Notes: a model not told the origin generated them from the letters alone. Counted from the stretch's first letter, positions 9,832-19,205 are shown. The stretch is DNA of 57,540 bases from Burkholderiales bacterium 68-10 (GCA_001897615.1 MKTG01000048.1:1-57540), one strand, 5' to 3'. Numbers and translations: made by a program.

Positions 9832-11061
9832 ATGAACAGCAGCCAAGCCGAACGCCTGGCCGCACGCGATCACCTGCGCCGCCAGGGCTGGATCGCAAGG
9901 CGCAGCGAAGCCTTCCACCACCTGCCGCCGCCCGATCTGGCGCACTGGCTGGGCGAGCCCCTGGACGACGCCGGCTGCGACGCCGCGCCCCTGGCCGGCG
10001 CCGGCTGGACGCTGCACCCGCTGGGCGACGGCGGCGCCCGCGGCGTGGACGCGCGCTGGCTCGACGCGCTCGAGCCGGCCCAGCGCGCCGAGCTGCTGGC
10101 CGGCCTGCCGCCACCCGGCGACGGCGAAGCCGCGCCGTTTGCCTGGGCGCACCGCGCCCTGTGCCGCCAGGGCCTGCGCCTGCGCATCGCCGCCACGCCC
10201 GGCAAGGCGGCGGCCCCGGTGGTGCTGGAGCTGCGCCACCAGCCGCGCCAGCGCGCCGAAGCGCCGTTGCTGGTGATCGAGTTGGAAGCCGGCGCGCACT
10301 GCGTGCTGCTGGAAACCCACGAGCGCAGCGCCAGCGACTGCGCCCACCCCGTCACCCAGAACCTGCACAGCCACATCCAGCTGGGCGCCGGTGCGCGCCT
10401 GCAGCACCTGCGCGTGGTGGCGCCCGAGCCGCAGGACCAGATCGCCCACCACCTGCACGCGACGCTGGCGCCCGACGCCCATTACGCGCAGGCGCTGGTG
10501 GCCACCGACAGCGCCTACCACCTGCAGCGCGGCACGCTGCAACTGCACGGCCGCGGCGCGCGCGCCCAGCACGCCGCCCTGCTGCTGCTGCAAGGCCAGC
10601 AGATCGACCATCAGGTGCGCAGCGACCTGCAGGCCGCGCACAGCGCCAGCGCGGTGGAATCGCTGGCGCTGGCCCAGGGCAGCGCGCGCGCCGTCAGCAA
10701 CGCCTACACCCGCATCGCCGCCGGCGCCGACGAGGCCGACGTGCGCCAGCGCCTGTCGGGCATCCCGCTGGGCGGCCAACCGCGCCTGACCCTGCGCCCG
10801 CACCTGGAAATCCTGCACGACAACGTGCAGGCCGCGCACGGCGCCACCTGGGGCGCGCTGCCGGCCGACGCGCTGTTCTACGCCCGCCAGCGCGGCCTGG
10901 ACGAGGCCAGCGCGCGCGCCCTGATCACCGAAGGCATGGCGCGCGCCGTGCTGGAGCGCGGCCTGGACGACAGCGAACTGCTGGCGCAATGGCTGGCCAG
11001 CGGCTGGCTGGGCCGGCGCATGGCGCGGCAGCTGCAAGGCCCGACCGGGTTGACCCCATGA
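9832..11061 (+). CDS. sufD: Fe-S cluster assembly protein SufD
   Basis: Starts 1 nt after the sufC stop. SufD-like C-terminus (…PHLEILHDNVQAAHGATWGALPADALFYARQRGLDEASARALI…). Confidence 0.9.
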   Translation: MNSSQAERLAARDHLRRQGWIARRSEAFHHLPPPDLAHWLGEPLDDAGCDAAPLAGAGWTLHPLGDGGARGVDARWLDALEPAQRAELLAGLPPPGDGEAAPFAWAHRALCRQGLRLRIAATPGKAAAPVVLELRHQPRQRAEAPLLVIELEAGAHCVLLETHERSASDCAHPVTQNLHSHIQLGAGARLQHLRVVAPEPQDQIAHHLHATLAPDAHYAQALVATDSAYHLQRGTLQLHGRGARAQHAALLLLQGQQIDHQVRSDLQAAHSASAVESLALAQGSARAVSNAYTRIAAGADEADVRQRLSGIPLGGQPRLTLRPHLEILHDNVQAAHGATWGALPADALFYARQRGLDEASARALITEGMARAVLERGLDDSELLAQWLASGWLGRRMARQLQGPTGLTP

Positions 11062-11066
11062 ATACT

Positions 11067-11118
11067 ACTGTTTTGATAGCTGTTTGCGCTCGCCCCGCAA
11101 GCGCCAGAGGTCTGTTCG
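11067..11118 (-). repeat. Dispersed low-GC repeat, copy E (sufD-sufS spacer, inverted orientation)
   Basis: The reverse complement reads TCGAACAGACCTCTGGCGCTTGCGGGGCGAGCGCAAACAGCTATCAAAACAGT. Confidence 0.65.
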
Positions 11119-12387
11119 ATGCCTAATCTCCACGACCCGCCGGCGCCGGCCGCGACGCAGCCCCTGGCCGAATGGCGCGCGCAGTTTCCGGTGCTGGCGC
11201 AGTCCATCCACGGCCACCTGCTGGCCTATCTGGACAACGCCGCCACCACGCACATGCCGCGCCAGGTCATGCAGGCCATGCAGGACTTCGAGACGCACGA
11301 GCGCGCCAACATCCACCGCGGCGTGCACACCCTCAGTCAGCGCGCCACCGACGCCTTCGAGGCCGCGCGCGCCACGCTCAAGCGCTTCATCGGCGCCGAC
11401 GCCGCGCACGAGCTGGTATTCACCAGCGGCACCACCGAATCGCTCAACCTGGTGGCGCAGGGCCTGTGGGCCGCCGGCCCCGGCCAGGCCTGGCTTCGGC
11501 CGGGCGACCGCATCATCGTGAGCGGCCTGGAGCACCACGCCAACCTGGTGCCCTGGCAGCACGCCGCGCGCATGAGCGGCGCCGAGCTGGTGGTGCTGCG
11601 GCCCGACGCCCAGGGCCGCCTGCACGAAGGCGATCTGGCCGCCCTGCTGAGCCCGCGCACCCGCGTGCTGGCCCTCACCGCCGGCGCCAACGCCACCGGC
11701 GAGCGCCCGCCGTATGAAGCCATGCTGGCCATGGCGCGCCAGGTGGGCGCGCTCACCGTGCTGGACGCGGCCCAGGCCGTCGGCCACGCCGCGCCCGCGC
11801 TGGCGACGCTGGAGTGCGACTTCATGGCTTTTTCCGGCCACAAGATGTATGGGCCCATGGGCATCGGCGTGCTGGCCGGCCGGCGCGACGCGCTGGAGCG
11901 GCTCTACCCGCTGCGCCTGGGCGGCGACATGGTGGAGGACGTGAGCTACGAGCGCGCCGTCTACGCCGCGCTGCCGGCGCGCCTGGAAGGCGGCACCCCC
12001 AACGTGGCCGGCGCGGTCGGCCTGGCGGCGGCGGCCCGGTTCATCGAGCAGGTGGGGCGCGCGGCCATCGACCAGCACGTGCACGCGCTGCGCGCGCGGG
12101 CCGCGGCCGGCCTGGCGGCGCTGCCCGGCGTCACCGTGCTGGCGCCGCACGCCACGCAGGCGGCGCTGGTGTCCTTCGTGGCCGAGGACGTGCACCCGCA
12201 CGACATCGGCACCCTGCTGGACGAGCGCGGCATCGCCGTGCGCACCGGCCACCACTGCGCCCAGCCGCTGCACGACCACTTCGGGCTGGGGCCGACCACG
12301 CGTGCCTCGTTCGCCCTGTACAACACGCCCGACGAGGTCGAGCGCCTGGTCGCCGGCGTGGCGCGCGCCCTGGAGACCATGCGATGA
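11119..12387 (+). CDS. sufS: Cysteine desulfurase SufS (class V aminotransferase, group II)
   Basis: YLDNAATT near the N-terminus, SGHKMYGPMGIG (PLP lysine), and RTGHHCAQPL (active-site Cys loop). Confidence 0.9.
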   Translation: MPNLHDPPAPAATQPLAEWRAQFPVLAQSIHGHLLAYLDNAATTHMPRQVMQAMQDFETHERANIHRGVHTLSQRATDAFEAARATLKRFIGADAAHELVFTSGTTESLNLVAQGLWAAGPGQAWLRPGDRIIVSGLEHHANLVPWQHAARMSGAELVVLRPDAQGRLHEGDLAALLSPRTRVLALTAGANATGERPPYEAMLAMARQVGALTVLDAAQAVGHAAPALATLECDFMAFSGHKMYGPMGIGVLAGRRDALERLYPLRLGGDMVEDVSYERAVYAALPARLEGGTPNVAGAVGLAAAARFIEQVGRAAIDQHVHALRARAAAGLAALPGVTVLAPHATQAALVSFVAEDVHPHDIGTLLDERGIAVRTGHHCAQPLHDHFGLGPTTRASFALYNTPDEVERLVAGVARALETMR

Positions 12388-12845
12388 GCAGCGCCGAGAA
12401 CGATCTGTACCAGGAGGTGGTGCTGGAGCACAAGCGCGCGCCGCGCAACTTCGGCCACCTGCCCCACCCCACGCACCAGGCCCAGGGCACCAACCCGTCG
12501 TGCGGCGACCGCGTGGCCGTCGAGCTGCTGCTGGACGGCGAGCGCGTGCAGGACATCCGCTTTTCCGGCCAGGGCTGCGCCATCTGCATGGCCTCCAGCT
12601 CGATGATGACCGAGGCCGTCAAGGGCCGCGACATCGCCGCCGCGCAGGCGCTGCAGCAGCACTTTCGCGCCGTGCTGACCGGCGAGGAGGATCCCGACGA
12701 AGCCCCGCTGGGCAAGCTGGTCAGCCTGGCCGGCGTGCGCCAGTACCCCAGCCGCATCAAGTGCGCGCTGCTGGGCTGGCACGCGCTGATGCACGCCATC
12801 GCCGGCCAGCAGGACGCCGGCGGCACCGAGGAGTCCCTGTCATGA
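12384..12845 (+). CDS. sufU: SUF-system NifU/IscU-like sulfur-transfer protein (SufU type)
   Basis: NPSCGDRV, GQGCAICMASSSMMTE and RIKCALLGW motifs. ATG 12384 overlaps the sufS stop (ATGA). This gene lies inside a longer spurious ORF, 11814..12845. Confidence 0.85.
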   Translation: MSSAENDLYQEVVLEHKRAPRNFGHLPHPTHQAQGTNPSCGDRVAVELLLDGERVQDIRFSGQGCAICMASSSMMTEAVKGRDIAAAQALQQHFRAVLTGEEDPDEAPLGKLVSLAGVRQYPSRIKCALLGWHALMHAIAGQQDAGGTEESLS

Positions 12846-13396
12846 TGAACCGCCGCCACCGCGAGGACGTGCTGGTGCGCCGCCACGTCACGGTGGAAAC
12901 CATTCCCAGCGGCCACCCGGTCGAGCTGGAGCCCGGCCAGCTGGCGCAGATCACGCAGGCGCTGGGCGGCTCCTTCACCCTGCTGGTGGAGGGCCAGCTG
13001 ATGCGCCTGAAGGGCCAGGACGCCGACGCCATCGGCAAGCCGCCGCCCGAGGCCATCGCCGTGCCGCAAGACCTGCACATCGACGACCTGGAGCCGCTGA
13101 TCTGGGACACCCTGCGCAGCTGCTACGACCCGGAGATCCCGGTCAACATCGCCGACCTGGGCCTGATCTACCGCCTGGCCTTCGAACCCCTGCCCGAGCC
13201 CGACACGGTGCGCGTGGTGATCGACATGACGCTCACCGCGCCCGGCTGCGGCATGGGCGAATCAATCGCCAACGAGGTGTGCGACAAGGTGCTGGCCCTG
13301 CCGCGCGTGGGCGAGATCACCGTCAACCTGGTGTTCGATCCGCCCTGGGACCGCTCCATGATGACCGAGGCGGCGCAACTGGCCCTGGGGCTGTAG
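12842..13396 (+). CDS. sufT: SufT-like Fe-S assembly protein (DUF59/MIP18 domain)
   Basis: C-terminal DUF59 signature DPEIPVNIADLGLIY…TLTAPGCGMG. ATG 12842 overlaps the sufU stop. Confidence 0.8.
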   Translation: MMNRRHREDVLVRRHVTVETIPSGHPVELEPGQLAQITQALGGSFTLLVEGQLMRLKGQDADAIGKPPPEAIAVPQDLHIDDLEPLIWDTLRSCYDPEIPVNIADLGLIYRLAFEPLPEPDTVRVVIDMTLTAPGCGMGESIANEVCDKVLALPRVGEITVNLVFDPPWDRSMMTEAAQLALGL

Positions 13397-13405
13397 GCGC
13401 CCGCG

Positions 13406-13442
13406 GCAAAAAAAATGCGCGCCGGCCCTTGCGCCGGCGCGC
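13406..13442 (-). terminator. Rho-independent terminator for the nnrS-DUF2249 transcript; may also stop suf read-through
   Basis: 10-bp GC stem GCGCGCCGGC (13417-13426) / GCCGGCGCGC (13433-13442) with a 6-nt loop. An 8-A run at 13408-15 gives a U-tract on the minus-strand transcript. The site lies between convergent genes. Confidence 0.65.
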
Positions 13443-13464
13443 CTGTTCGCGGTGCCCGGCCCGA

Positions 13465-13758
13465 TCAGCCGCCGCAGGCGCCGCCCGAGCAGCAGGAGCC
13501 CTGGTCGGCGTCGGCCACGCCCTGCACCTTGCTGATCTGCACGCGCCACAGCTGCGGGCCGGCCTGCACGTACGACCACTGCAGCTGGCCGGGCGAGCGC
13601 GATTCCAGCTGGTGGCGCAGCGGCACCGGGTCGTGGTCGTTGACGATCCGCAGCGACTGGCCCACCTGCAACGCGTCCACCTGGGCAAAGATCTGCTGGT
13701 GGCGCTGATACGGCGGAATGCTGCGCACGTCGATTTCGGCGAGGGTGGCGGTGCTCAT
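13465..13758 (-). CDS. DUF2249-like small protein with a Cys-rich tail
   Basis: 97 aa: MSTATLAEIDVRSIPPYQRHQQIFAQVDALQVGQSLRIVNDHDPVPL…SCCSGGACGG. The pattern matches DUF2249 proteins that accompany NO-stress genes (from memory). It is immediately downstream of nnrS. Confidence 0.65.
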   Translation of the reverse strand: MSTATLAEIDVRSIPPYQRHQQIFAQVDALQVGQSLRIVNDHDPVPLRHQLESRSPGQLQWSYVQAGPQLWRVQISKVQGVADADQGSCCSGGACGG

Positions 13759-13845
13759 GGATCAACCTTTCTGAAAGAGCTGCGAAGAGGTGGGAAATGC
13801 CCGGACGCCCGCTCGGCGCCCAGAAGGGAAAACCGGTGCCGGCGC

Positions 13846-15060
13846 TCAGCCGTCCTTGCCGTCCAGCCGCGTGCGCGTCAGCCAGGGCACATAGATCACC
13901 AGGTAGATGGCAAAGGCCAGCGCCCACAGCCCGGCGGCCGAATCCAGCGCCCGCACGTACCAGGCCGGCACCACGGCCGGCACCAGCACGCGCAGCACGG
14001 TGGCCAGCATCACCAGCGCGTAGGCCACGACCTCGCCGCGCGAGGCCTGCAGCGGCCGGCCGGTGTGGCCGCGCGCGGTGCGCGTGATCATGCCGATGAT
14101 CAGCCCGCCGATGACGCCGACGCCGAACGCATGCACCGCCAGCGACGGCGCCACCCAGCCCAGCTGCGCCAGCGCCAGCAGCACGAAGCCGACCGGCATC
14201 CAGGCATAGGAAAAATGCAGGATCCACAGGATGGGGCGGCGCAGCGTCACGCGCGGATGCCACTTCCACAGGCGCAGCGCGTGCAGCGCGGCGGACAGGA
14301 CGCTGGCGGGCAGCACCAGCCAGGCCGGCGCGCCCAGCACCCACAGCGCCAGCGTGACGGCGGTGACGGCCAGCAGCGTCAGCTCGAAGCGGCGCGACAC
14401 CTGGATCACCAGGCCCGGCGTCACGTTCTTGGTGAACATGGGCACCACGCGCCCGGTCATGATGCTGATCACCATCAGGATCAGCGCCAGCTCGGCGTAC
14501 AGCGCCGACATGGCGGGCACGGCGATCAGCTCCAGCACCGACAGGTGGAACACCGCGTTGGCCAGCGCCATCGCCAGCAGCAGCGAAATCAGCGGGATGT
14601 TGCGCCTGTTGCGCGCCCGAATGAGCACGCGCAGCAGAAAGCCCGCCACCACCGGCAGCAGCAGCATGTCGAGCACGGCGAACACCGGGTAGGGCGCCAG
14701 CACCGCCGCCAGCCGCGCCGCCAGCCACAGCAGCACCAGCACGCCCAGCACCGGGCCGCGCGGCGTCTCCAGCCCGGTCCAGGCGCGCACGGCGGTCAGC
14801 AGAAAGCCGATCACCACGCCGGCGGCAAAGCCGAACAGCATCTCGTGCGCGTGCCACAGCAGGATGGGAAACGGCAGCCGCAGCGGCATGTGGCCCAGGA
14901 AGGCCGCGATCCACAGCGGAATCGCCACGCAGGCCAGCAAGGCCGCGCCCAGGTAGAAGGGCCGAAAGCCCAGCCGCAGCAGCGGCCAGCCGGGCAGCGC
15001 GGCGGGCGCTGGCGGCGCGGGGTCATGGATCGACATCAGGGGAGCGGCTTGCTGGGTCAT
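13846..15060 (-). CDS. nnrS: NnrS family membrane protein (NO-stress associated)
   Basis: ~12 predicted transmembrane helices. N-terminal LRLGFRPFYLGAALLA…LLWHAHEMLFGF is typical of NnrS. Confidence 0.9.
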   Translation of the reverse strand: MTQQAAPLMSIHDPAPPAPAALPGWPLLRLGFRPFYLGAALLACVAIPLWIAAFLGHMPLRLPFPILLWHAHEMLFGFAAGVVIGFLLTAVRAWTGLETPRGPVLGVLVLLWLAARLAAVLAPYPVFAVLDMLLLPVVAGFLLRVLIRARNRRNIPLISLLLAMALANAVFHLSVLELIAVPAMSALYAELALILMVISIMTGRVVPMFTKNVTPGLVIQVSRRFELTLLAVTAVTLALWVLGAPAWLVLPASVLSAALHALRLWKWHPRVTLRRPILWILHFSYAWMPVGFVLLALAQLGWVAPSLAVHAFGVGVIGGLIIGMITRTARGHTGRPLQASRGEVVAYALVMLATVLRVLVPAVVPAWYVRALDSAAGLWALAFAIYLVIYVPWLTRTRLDGKDG

Positions 15061-15109
15061 GGGCAGGTGGCCGGCGGCTGCAGGCGCTGTGCCGGCACCG
15101 AAAAATCAA

Positions 15110-15132
15110 AATCGACATTTTGCATGAATCTT
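15110..15132. promoter_or_regulatory. NsrR-like operator candidate upstream of nnrS
   Basis: The minus strand reads AAGATTCATGCAAAATGTCGATT, about 15/22 matches to the 11-1-11 NsrR consensus AAGATGCATTT-N-AAATGCATCTT as I remember it. It sits in the only AT-rich island of this intergenic region. Confidence 0.3.
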
Positions 15133-15181
15133 TAATTTCCGCCAAATCCGGGGGTGTGCGGGGCCCGCGGCCCGGACCGTT

Positions 15182-15865
15182 TCAACGTGCCACGCGGTAC
15201 GGCTCCTCGAAGGGCCGGAAGTCTTGCTCGGCCAGCGCGCCCTCGATCCAGGCGGCCACGCCCGGCAGGGCGCAGACGCGCTCCATGTAGGCGGCCACGT
15301 CGTCCGGCACCGGCAGGCTGAAGGTCTTCAGCCGCATCACCACCGGCGCGTAGAAGGCGTCGGCAATGCCGAAGCGGCCGAACAGCATGGGCCCGCCGTG
15401 CTCGGCCAGCAGCGACTGCCAGATCTGCACGATGCGGGCGACGTCGGCGCGCACGCCGGCGTGGTCGCGCCACAGGATGGCGCCGACTTCGGGCAGGCGC
15501 GCCTCGATGTTCATGCCGCAGGCCGAGCGCAGGGCGCCGAAGCCGCTGTGCATCTCGGCGCAGACGCTGCGCGCCCGCACGCGCTCGGGCGCGCCGCGCG
15601 GCCACAGGGTCAGCTCGGGGTGGGTCTCGGCCAGGTATTCGGCGATCGCCAGCGAATCCCACACCGCCAGCGTGCCGTCGAGCAGCAGCGGCACCTTGCC
15701 CGCGGGGTTGACGGCGCCGATCTGGCGCTTGAACTGCGAGTCGGGCGCGAAGCTGTCGAAGCGCAGCTTGACCTCCTCGAACGGGATGCCGGCCTGCGTC
15801 ATCAGCACCCAGGGGCGCATGGACCAGGACGAGTAGTTCTTGTTGCCGATGTAGAGCTTGAGCAT
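15182..15865 (-). CDS. Glutathione S-transferase family protein
   Basis: N-terminal thioredoxin-like GST domain (MLKLYIGNKNYSSWSMRPW…KVPLLLDGTLAVWDSLAIAEYL) followed by a helical C-terminal domain. Confidence 0.85.
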   Translation of the reverse strand: MLKLYIGNKNYSSWSMRPWVLMTQAGIPFEEVKLRFDSFAPDSQFKRQIGAVNPAGKVPLLLDGTLAVWDSLAIAEYLAETHPELTLWPRGAPERVRARSVCAEMHSGFGALRSACGMNIEARLPEVGAILWRDHAGVRADVARIVQIWQSLLAEHGGPMLFGRFGIADAFYAPVVMRLKTFSLPVPDDVAAYMERVCALPGVAAWIEGALAEQDFRPFEEPYRVAR

Positions 15866-15909
15866 GGGCTTTTCCGGTGGGGTTCAGAGGTTGAGAGCTT
15901 TTTGTTCGT

Positions 15910-16023
15910 GCCCGAAAGGCGCGTCAAAACGCCGCTGATCCAGGCGCAAAGCGCAGCCATGGCCCGAGTCATGGCGAGCATTTGCTTGCGACGAGCAGCG
16001 GTGTTTTGGCGTGCAAGGCGGGC
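15910..16023. repeat. 114-bp imperfect palindrome (REP/MITE-like hairpin element)
   Basis: Left arm GCCCGAAAGGCGCGTCAAAACGCCGCTG…GCAGCCATGG. Reverse complement of the right arm GCCCGCCTTGCACGCCAAAACACCGCTG…GCTCGCCATGA. Weaker symmetry extends to about 15892-16041. It lies between two co-directional genes. Confidence 0.6.
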
Positions 16024-16045
16024 ATGGCAAAAGACGCTCAGCCTC

Positions 16046-17014
16046 TCAGCGCCCGGCGCCGCGCCGGTAGGCGTCCAGGCGGGCGGCCGGGTGGTCGGGG
16101 CCGAGGATCATCGGCCCCACGGCGGACAGGGGCGCGGGCGTGATGCCCAGCTCGGCCAGGCCGGGCAACTGGCTGCTGGCGACGTTGTCCACCTGCATCG
16201 AATCGAGGTTGTCGCGGCTCATCAGCGGCTCGCCCGGCAGCCATTCCATGGCCAGCGCCTGCAGCCGGCCCAGCGCCGCCGGCAGGCCGATGATGGGGCG
16301 CCCGCGCCCGCCGCGCACGCCGGCCCACACGCCGGCGGCGCGCACCAGCTCGCGCAGCGTCCACACCTCGGGGCCGCACAGCTCGTAGTTGCGCCCGGCG
16401 GTGGCGTCGCCCTGCAGGCAGCGCACCAGGGCCTGGGCCACGTCGCGCACCCACACGGGCTGAAAGCGCGCCTCGGCGCAGGCCAGCGGGATGAGCGGGA
16501 ACACCCGCTGCAGCCCGGCGAACAGGTTCAGCAGCCGGTCGCCGCTGCCGTACATGACGCTGGGGCGCAGCAGCGTCAGCGCCAGCGCGCCGTCAGCGGC
16601 CGCCTGCCGCAGCACGGCCTCGCCCTGCGCCTTGCTGCGCTGGTAGAGCGAGGGGCCGTCGGCCGCCGCCCCCAGCGCGCTGACGTGCACCAGGCGCCGC
16701 ACGCCGCTGGCGGCACAGGCGGCGGCCAGCTGGCGCGGCAGCGCGACGTGCACCTGCTCGAAACGCCGCGCGTCGCCGTGCAGCACGGCGATCAGGTTGA
16801 CCACCGCGTCGTGGCCGGGCAGCAGGACGCGCAGGGCGGCGGGGTCGGTGGCGTCGGCGCGCCGCACGTCGACGCGCGGCAGGCTCCACAGCCAGGGCGC
16901 GGCGTCGCGCCGCCGCGTGGGCACCGTCACCCGCACGCCCTGGCGGTGCAGGTGCTCGACGAGGTGGCGACCGACGAAGCCGGAGCCACCCAGGACCAGG
17001 ATGCGATCGCTCAT
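16046..17014 (-). CDS. NAD(P)-binding atypical SDR (complex I NDUFA9-like / NmrA-like)
   Basis: Rossmann motif ILVLGGSGFVGRHL at the N-terminus; 322 aa. Confidence 0.8.
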   Translation of the reverse strand: MSDRILVLGGSGFVGRHLVEHLHRQGVRVTVPTRRRDAAPWLWSLPRVDVRRADATDPAALRVLLPGHDAVVNLIAVLHGDARRFEQVHVALPRQLAAACAASGVRRLVHVSALGAAADGPSLYQRSKAQGEAVLRQAAADGALALTLLRPSVMYGSGDRLLNLFAGLQRVFPLIPLACAEARFQPVWVRDVAQALVRCLQGDATAGRNYELCGPEVWTLRELVRAAGVWAGVRGGRGRPIIGLPAALGRLQALAMEWLPGEPLMSRDNLDSMQVDNVASSQLPGLAELGITPAPLSAVGPMILGPDHPAARLDAYRRGAGR

Positions 17015-17026
17015 CGGTTTACTCCT

Positions 17027-17078
17027 GATTTAATAGCTGCTGGCGCTCGACAGGAGCTCGCCAGAGCCCGATTGAACC
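17027..17078 (-). repeat. Dispersed low-GC repeat, copy F (inverted orientation)
   Basis: The reverse complement reads GGTTCAATCGGGCTCTGGCGAGCTCCTGTCGAGCGCCAGCAGCTATTAAATC. Confidence 0.65.
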
Positions 17079-17090
17079 CAAAATATCGGT

Positions 17091-19196
17091 TCAGGGCAAG
17101 TCGCCGCTCGGGTCGCTCTGCCCCGGGGCCAGCGGGCCGACACGGCCCAGCCGCCCCACCAGCGACTGCGGCTGCCCGCTGAACAGGCCGGCGTAGTCGA
17201 CGGTGTTGGACAGCACCTTCTTGACGTAGTCGCGAGTTTCGTTGAACGGAATGTTCTCGGCCCAGATGGCGCCGTCCAGCAACGGGCCGTTGCGCCAGGC
17301 GCGCGGGCGGCCCGGGCCGGCGTTGTAGGCGGCGGCGGCCAGCGGCAGCGAGCCCTGGAAGTCGTCCAGCGCCAGCTTCAGGTAGCTGGTGCCGATCAGG
17401 ATGTTGGTGTCCAGCTCGTTGATCTGCCCGGGCGTGAAGCCGCTCAGGCCGATCTTGCGCGCCGTCCAGCGCGCGGTGGCGGGCATGACCTGCATCAGGC
17501 CGGAGGCGCCGACGCCCGAGCGCGCGTCCATCACGAAGCGGCTTTCCTGCCGGATCAGCCCGTAGACGTAGGCGGCGTCGAGCCCGATGGCCTGCGCCTG
17601 GCGCTGCACGGCGTCGCGGTGCGGCGCCGGAAAACGCTGGCCGAAGTCGGCAAAGCCACGCGTGCGCTCGCTGGTGTTGATGCAGCGGTCCCACACCTGC
17701 CGCGCGCAGGCCAGGTCGGCGGCGGCGTACAGCTCGCGCTCGCCCATGCCGCCAGGCGCGTGCAGGTTGGTCCAGTAGTTCCATTCGCGCACGCCTTCGC
17801 CGCGCAGGCCCAGGGCGATGGCCAGCAGGGCGCGGTTCAGGCCGGGATGGCGGCGCGCGCCGTCGCGCTCGGCCTCGGTCAGCGGCGCCGGAGCGGGTGG
17901 GGTGACGATGGGCTGGCCCAGCGCTTCCAGTGCCAGCTTGTCATAAAAGCCCAGGCGCCCGGGCTGGGCTGCCACCCGCTCGAAGCCGGCACGCGCGGCG
18001 GCGCGCTCGTCGTCGCCGCGCGCCAGCGTCTGCTGGGCACGCGCCTTCCAGTACAGCCAGGCGCCGTCGTCGGCCGCCGCGTCCTGCATGGCGTCGACGC
18101 CGCGCAGCACGGCGCGCCAGTCGCCCTGGCGCAGCGCGGCGCGCACCTTCCAGGCCAGCAGGTCGTCGCTCAGATCGCCCTCGCGCGTGACGCGGCTGAA
18201 GTAGCCGTGCGCCCGCTCGGACGGCGCCAGCGCCGACCACTTGCCGATCACGCCCCACAGCCAGTTGCGCTCCTCGCGGCCCAGCAGCGCGGCCCACTTG
18301 TCTTCCAGCTGCTGCGCGGCCTGGTCGGGGGCCTGCGTGGCCAGCCGGATCAGCGCCAGCGTGGCCAGCTCCTGCCGCTTGTGCGTCGTGGTGTTGGCGC
18401 GTCCGCCCAGGTAGCGCGGCGCGCTCTGGGCAATGCTGGCCAGCTCGGCGGCGGCGTCCGGCGCGTCCAGCGCCACGGCGGCGCGCGCCAGTGCCGGCCG
18501 GTTGGCCTCCATCGCCAGGCGGGCCTTCTTCCACAGCACCGGGTAAGGCAGCAGGCCGGCCTGGTGCAGCAGGCCTGCCGCATACAGGCAGCCGTCGTCG
18601 GCCTCGCGCTGGGCCAGCCAGTCGCGCCGCACCTGCTCGGCGGCCTGCGGGCCGGGCGCCAGGCCGACGGCGATGTCGGCCGACACGGCGTGGCAGCGCA
18701 CCTCGCGGTCGTCGCGCATGCGGTAGCGCGCGTGCTCGGCGCGAAACGCCTCCCAGTCGCGCCGCTTGCCCAGCAGCAGCAGCCAGTCGTTGCGCAGGCG
18801 GTCTTCCTGGTAGGTGCCGGCGTAACGGGCCAGGAAGTCGGCGACCTCGGACGCGCTGGCGTCCTCCAGCCGCGCCTTCAGCGCCCAGTAGGCGGCCCAG
18901 GGCTCCAGGCCGTGGCCGCGCGCCTGCGGCAGCAGGCTGGCCAGGCGCGCCTTGTCGCCGCGCCGGAAGGCTTCGCGCATGTCCAGGATGACGCTGTCGC
19001 GCGCCGCGGCATCGATCGGCAGCGCCGCTATCGACGTTGGCGTGGCAGGGGCTGCCTGGGGCGGCGGCGCCGGCAAGCTGGCGGCGGGCTCGGGCGCCGC
19101 CGCCGGCTGCGCCCAGGCCGTCGCCAAGCCCAGCAGCGCCAGGCCAGCCCACGCCCGCCGGGCGCGCGAGGATGTCAGAATCGTTGGCAAACGCAT
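17091..19196 (-). CDS. slt: Soluble lytic murein transglycosylase (Slt70-like)
   Basis: Signal peptide MRLPTILTSSRARRAWAGLALLGLATAWAQ, superhelical repeats, and a C-terminal lysozyme-like domain with GLIRQESRF and AAYNAGPGR. I set the start at ATG 19196. The ORF-track start 19847 would add 217 residues antisense to the neighbouring gene. Confidence 0.88.
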   Translation of the reverse strand: MRLPTILTSSRARRAWAGLALLGLATAWAQPAAAPEPAASLPAPPPQAAPATPTSIAALPIDAAARDSVILDMREAFRRGDKARLASLLPQARGHGLEPWAAYWALKARLEDASASEVADFLARYAGTYQEDRLRNDWLLLLGKRRDWEAFRAEHARYRMRDDREVRCHAVSADIAVGLAPGPQAAEQVRRDWLAQREADDGCLYAAGLLHQAGLLPYPVLWKKARLAMEANRPALARAAVALDAPDAAAELASIAQSAPRYLGGRANTTTHKRQELATLALIRLATQAPDQAAQQLEDKWAALLGREERNWLWGVIGKWSALAPSERAHGYFSRVTREGDLSDDLLAWKVRAALRQGDWRAVLRGVDAMQDAAADDGAWLYWKARAQQTLARGDDERAAARAGFERVAAQPGRLGFYDKLALEALGQPIVTPPAPAPLTEAERDGARRHPGLNRALLAIALGLRGEGVREWNYWTNLHAPGGMGERELYAAADLACARQVWDRCINTSERTRGFADFGQRFPAPHRDAVQRQAQAIGLDAAYVYGLIRQESRFVMDARSGVGASGLMQVMPATARWTARKIGLSGFTPGQINELDTNILIGTSYLKLALDDFQGSLPLAAAAYNAGPGRPRAWRNGPLLDGAIWAENIPFNETRDYVKKVLSNTVDYAGLFSGQPQSLVGRLGRVGPLAPGQSDPSGDLP

Positions 19197-19205
19197 CGAC
19201 CGATT

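Noticed and set aside
19197-19205. I looked for a 6S RNA (ssrS) upstream of the 5-formyl-THF cyclo-ligase gene, because the two are linked in E. coli and many proteobacteria.
   Set aside because: Only 9 bp separate the gene from the divergent slt start, so there is no room for a ~180-nt RNA here.
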